Part shown: in pieces, positions 60,656 to 64,000 of the stretch
Numbering within the stretch: position 1 is the stretch's first letter
How the letters are laid out: every line of letters starts with the position of its first letter
Source: a bacterium
GTDB lineage: Bacteria > UBA8248
Assembly (NCBI GenBank): GCA_965221165.1
Contig: CBDCRP010000003.1
Location: 320,001-384,000, forward strand
DNA: 64,000 bases
Reading direction: 5' to 3'
Position numbers and translations under genes: made by a program
Notes under the pieces: generated by a model
The model's input: only the letters and a program-made list of their open reading frames with translations
Told to the model about the DNA's origin: nothing
The model's database searches: none

Positions 60656-61747
60656 TTACCCGATGATCTTGAGCTCAGGCACCGATATGGGCCCTGATGC
60701 GTTGGCGATAGCCACCTGCTCGGCCACCTTTCTGGCGGCCTCGCGAAACGCCCTGGCCGTAGGATGATCGGGCTCTCCCGTTACGACGGGCATGCCGGAA
60801 TCTCCTCCCATCCTCACTTTGATATCGAGTGGAATGGCGCCCAGAAACGGGACTTCATAGCGCTGGGAGGCTTTCTCCCCGCCGCCGGTATCGAAAATGT
60901 TCTCGCGATGCCCACATTCGGGGCACAGGTAGTAGCTCATATTTTCGATGATCCCGAGGATGGGCACGTCGGTTTTCCTGAACATCTGAAGACCCTTGCG
61001 CGCATCGAGCAAAGCGATGTCCTGAGGCGTGCTGACGATAACGGCGCCCGCCAGAGACACCTGCTGCACGATGGTCAATTGCGCGTCGCCGGTGCCGGGA
61101 GGCAAGTCCAGAACCAGGTAGTCGAGTTCCCCCCAAATCGTCTCGCTCAAAAACTGCACCAGCGCCCGCATCACCATAGGGCCGCGCCAGATGACGGGGC
61201 TGTCCTCATCGACCAGAAAACCCATCGACATGACTTTCAGGCCGTGCGCCTCCAGCGGCCTTATCTTGTTCTCCGCTTCGGCGATGGGTTGCGCCTTGGG
61301 AATCCCCAGCATCAGGGGCTGGCTCGGCCCGTAAATATCGGCGTCCAATATCCCCACCTTCGCGCCTTCTCTGCTCAAGGAGAGCGCGATGTTCACCGCC
61401 ACGGTGGACTTGCCCACGCCGCCCTTCCCGCTTGCTATGGCGATGATGTTCTTCACGCCCGCAACGTCCATCTTGCCGGCCATCGAGGGTCGCGTGGTGA
61501 CGTGGCTCGTCACACGGACGTTTACCGTATTCACGTTCCCCAAAGAACCGACGGCCAGCTTGCATTCCTGCTCGAATTCCTCTTTGCGCGGATGCGCAGG
61601 CGTCGTCAACTGCAGCGTGAAGGCGACCGCATCTCCACAAATCTGCACATCCTTGATCATGTTGAGGCTCACGAGGTCTTTTCCGACCTCGGGGTCTCGC
61701 ACCTTCTTCAGAGCCTCTAGAATCTGGGCTTCCGTTGCTTCTGACAT
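60656..61747 (-). CDS. apbC: Mrp/ApbC iron-sulfur cluster carrier
   Basis: N-terminal DPE domain, SGKGGVGKST, DADIYGPS, WRGPM, DLPPGTGD, ENMS..CPEC. Confidence 0.95.
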   Translation of the reverse strand: MSEATEAQILEALKKVRDPEVGKDLVSLNMIKDVQICGDAVAFTLQLTTPAHPRKEEFEQECKLAVGSLGNVNTVNVRVTSHVTTRPSMAGKMDVAGVKNIIAIASGKGGVGKSTVAVNIALSLSREGAKVGILDADIYGPSQPLMLGIPKAQPIAEAENKIRPLEAHGLKVMSMGFLVDEDSPVIWRGPMVMRALVQFLSETIWGELDYLVLDLPPGTGDAQLTIVQQVSLAGAVIVSTPQDIALLDARKGLQMFRKTDVPILGIIENMSYYLCPECGHRENIFDTGGGEKASQRYEVPFLGAIPLDIKVRMGGDSGMPVVTGEPDHPTARAFREAARKVAEQVAIANASGPISVPELKIIG

Positions 61748-61922
61748 AAGTGGGATCCTCTAATCGAAAACTGGAAACGCAATGAAAAACCGCTTATCGA
61801 AAAGTATTCTATTCAGACGAACTATTGTCATCTTATCCCCCGGATTTTTTGCACTGTCAAACGTGAAAGGCGCAACCCAATTTTACGAAGGCGCACAAAA
61901 TCGAGAAAAATCCCTTTATTGG

Positions 61923-61951
61923 TTGACGCATCGGCTCCATCTCATTATTTT
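61923..61951 (+). promoter_or_regulatory. Possible sigma70 promoter of etfBA
   Basis: TTGACG-17nt-TATTTT. Confidence 0.4.
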
Positions 61952-62044
61952 TAGGCCGTCTCGTTTTGTTGATTCAGAACACATCCGTGCGCCTCAAGCG
62001 ACCATGACAGATTCAAGCTAGCAAAAACAAGGAGAATCAACCCT

Positions 62045-62845
62045 TTGGATATCATCGTCTGTATCAAGCAAGTACAAGACCCCGACATACCTCCCCGCGA
62101 TTTCAAGGTCGATGAGGAGAAGATGGATGTCATCCCGCCCGCGAACGTATCGCCCGTCATCAACGGCTTTTGCGAGAACGCCGTCGAGGCGGCCATCAAC
62201 CTCAAGGAAGAATACGGTGGAAAAATCACCGTCATGACGCTGGGCGATCAAAAGGCCAGGGATGGCCTAAAAAAATGTCTGGCCATGGGATGCGATGAAG
62301 CCGTATTGCTTCAAGACGATGCCTTTGAGGGTTCCGACGCTTTCGCTACGGCGCGAATTCTGGCGAGCGCCATCCAAAAGCTGGATGGTTTCGACGTCAT
62401 CCTCTGCGGCAGGCTGAGCAGCGACTGGAGCTATGGAACCACCGCCCTCGCCCTCGCCGAAGCGCTTGAGCTTCCCAGCGTAAGCCAGCTTCAGAAAGTG
62501 GAGAAAACCGATGCGAGTCTTCGGTGCGAACGCGCTTTGGAAGACGGAGTGGAGGTCGTGGAAGTTTCGACCCCGTGCCTGCTCACCGCCAGCAACGAGA
62601 TCAACACGCCTCGCCTGCCCTCGGTCAAAGGCATCTTGATGGCGTCGCGCAAGCAAATTCCCGTCTGGGGCGTGGCGGACATCGGCATAGACCCCGCTTC
62701 GGTCGGAAAAGAGGCGGCTACTTTTGAAATCACTAAATTCTACAAACCCGTGTTTGACGGAAATTGTGAATTCATCGAAGGCGAATCACTCGAAGAAGCA
62801 GCCGGCACCCTGGCGCTTCGTCTTCGTGAAGACAAAATTATTTAA
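62045..62845 (+). CDS. etfB: Electron transfer flavoprotein beta subunit
   Basis: IIVCIKQV, AVEAA, LAMGCD, NTPRLPS. Confidence 0.93.
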   Translation: MDIIVCIKQVQDPDIPPRDFKVDEEKMDVIPPANVSPVINGFCENAVEAAINLKEEYGGKITVMTLGDQKARDGLKKCLAMGCDEAVLLQDDAFEGSDAFATARILASAIQKLDGFDVILCGRLSSDWSYGTTALALAEALELPSVSQLQKVEKTDASLRCERALEDGVEVVEVSTPCLLTASNEINTPRLPSVKGILMASRKQIPVWGVADIGIDPASVGKEAATFEITKFYKPVFDGNCEFIEGESLEEAAGTLALRLREDKII

Positions 62846-62863
62846 GGGAGAAAGAACAACGCC

Positions 62864-63856
62864 ATGTCGAACAACGTCCTCATTTTAACCGAGCGCGCAG
62901 GGGACAAGCTGGCGCTCGTGAGCAGTGAGCTTTGTGGAATCGGCCGAAAACTCGCCGATGAAAAAGGGGGTTCTCTGGTGGCCCTTCTCCTCGGCGGCTC
63001 CGGCACCCAGGAGTTGGCAAAAGGCCTCATCGCTCTGGGGGCCGACAAGGTGCTGGCGGCCGAATCGGATATTCTGGAAGGCTATACCAATGCGGCGTAC
63101 TTGAAAGTAATCGATGCCGCTATAGCAGAAGAGAGCCCGATCATTTTTCTGGTCGCCAATACCTCTACGGGGCGGGATGTAGCCCCCAGGCTCGCTTTCA
63201 GACATGGCGCCAGCTACGCGCACGACTGCACGGACCTGATGATTGAGGATGGCGCACTCGCCGCCGTTCGCCCTGTGCACGGGGGCAGCGCCATCAGCCA
63301 CATCCGATCAAAAACGGATTCCCTCTCCATCGCATCCACACGCGCGAAAGCCCTTCCGCTGGCCGATATAGAAGAGGGCCGCGAGGGTGAGTTCATGGAA
63401 ATCAGCGTTTCGGTGGATGCCGACGAAATTCGAATGAATTTCGTAGAAGCGAAAAAAATAGAAGCCGAAGGCGTCCGCTTGGAAGATGCGGAAATCGTGG
63501 TGAGCGGTGGTCGCGGCCTGGGAGGTCCTGAGAATTTTGAATATCTCCAAGAACTCGCCAAGGTTCTCAAAGCAGCCGTGGGTGCGAGCCGCGCCGCCGT
63601 CGACGCCGGCTGGGTGCCGACGCCCATGCAAGTGGGCCAAACGGGCAAGATTGTGAGCCCCAATCTCTACATCGCCGTCGGCATCTCCGGCGCCATGCAG
63701 CACATGGTCGGCGCCGGGCCGAGCAAAAACATCGTGGCCATCAACACGGACGCCGAAGCGCCCATCTTCCAGCGCGCGCGCTACGGCATCGTGGGAGACT
63801 ACAAAAAAGTCATCCCCGCCCTGACGGAGAAATGCAAGGAATTGATGGATTCCTGA
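62864..63856 (+). CDS. etfA: Electron transfer flavoprotein alpha subunit
   Basis: [32 protein letters not shown]. Confidence 0.95.
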   Translation: MSNNVLILTERAGDKLALVSSELCGIGRKLADEKGGSLVALLLGGSGTQELAKGLIALGADKVLAAESDILEGYTNAAYLKVIDAAIAEESPIIFLVANTSTGRDVAPRLAFRHGASYAHDCTDLMIEDGALAAVRPVHGGSAISHIRSKTDSLSIASTRAKALPLADIEEGREGEFMEISVSVDADEIRMNFVEAKKIEAEGVRLEDAEIVVSGGRGLGGPENFEYLQELAKVLKAAVGASRAAVDAGWVPTPMQVGQTGKIVSPNLYIAVGISGAMQHMVGAGPSKNIVAINTDAEAPIFQRARYGIVGDYKKVIPALTEKCKELMDS

Positions 63857-63859
63857 CTT

Positions 63860-64000
63860 TCAGGCGAGCGGCTGATAGGCCCAGACGACACGGCCCACGA
63901 TTCGATCGGCAGGCTCTTCTCCACCCAAATCGATATGAGTGACCATCTCTTCGCGATTCTCCGGCACCAGCCATAGACGAGGCGGGGTCCACTGCAACCG
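63860..64000 (-). CDS. C-terminus of an S24 peptidase (LexA/CI-like) protein, partial
   Basis: Manual translation RLQWTPPRLWLVPENREEMVTHIDLGGEEPADRIVGRVVWAYQPLA-stop. Confidence 0.6.
   Translation of the reverse strand, partial: RLQWTPPRLWLVPENREEMVTHIDLGGEEPADRIVGRVVWAYQPLA

Noticed and set aside
63860-64000. Prophage boundary inferred from a CI-like fragment
   Set aside because: Only 46 codons are visible and no other phage genes are present

Overview
GC-rich bacterial chromosomal window, mostly metabolic genes. I found no rRNA, tRNA, CRISPR array, integrase or transposase. From left to right it holds: a Delta9-type desaturase (partial); a tctCBA-MBL hydrolase operon; SDR, MDR and Ldh_2 dehydrogenases around a split UxaA/SuyAB-like lyase (possible sulfonate or sugar-acid catabolism); a DUF3090/SCO1664-like pair; an orphan Flp-like pilin; and an AhpD/CMD-like gene with an in-frame UGA in a CxxU motif plus a SECIS-like hairpin (probable selenoprotein). 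Next come a tetR-degP-copA-copZ operon and a dpp-type permease/HDAC operon, divergent from an uncharacterised ATP-grasp / DUF1611-like / ATP-grasp / NTT-HEAT-cNMP cluster, which is the best candidate for an undescribed system. Then an octaheme cytochrome c, nfi, rel, a 4x[4Fe-4S] ferredoxin and a REP-rich islet (deacetylase, vapBC, duplicated gene end). The right end has a Rieske/cytochrome b6-type operon with two unannotated membrane microproteins, ddl, a split Cfa-like methyltransferase flanking a geranylgeranyl-reductase-like gene, mrp and etfBA. Products are assigned from recognised motifs only; no database searches were run.
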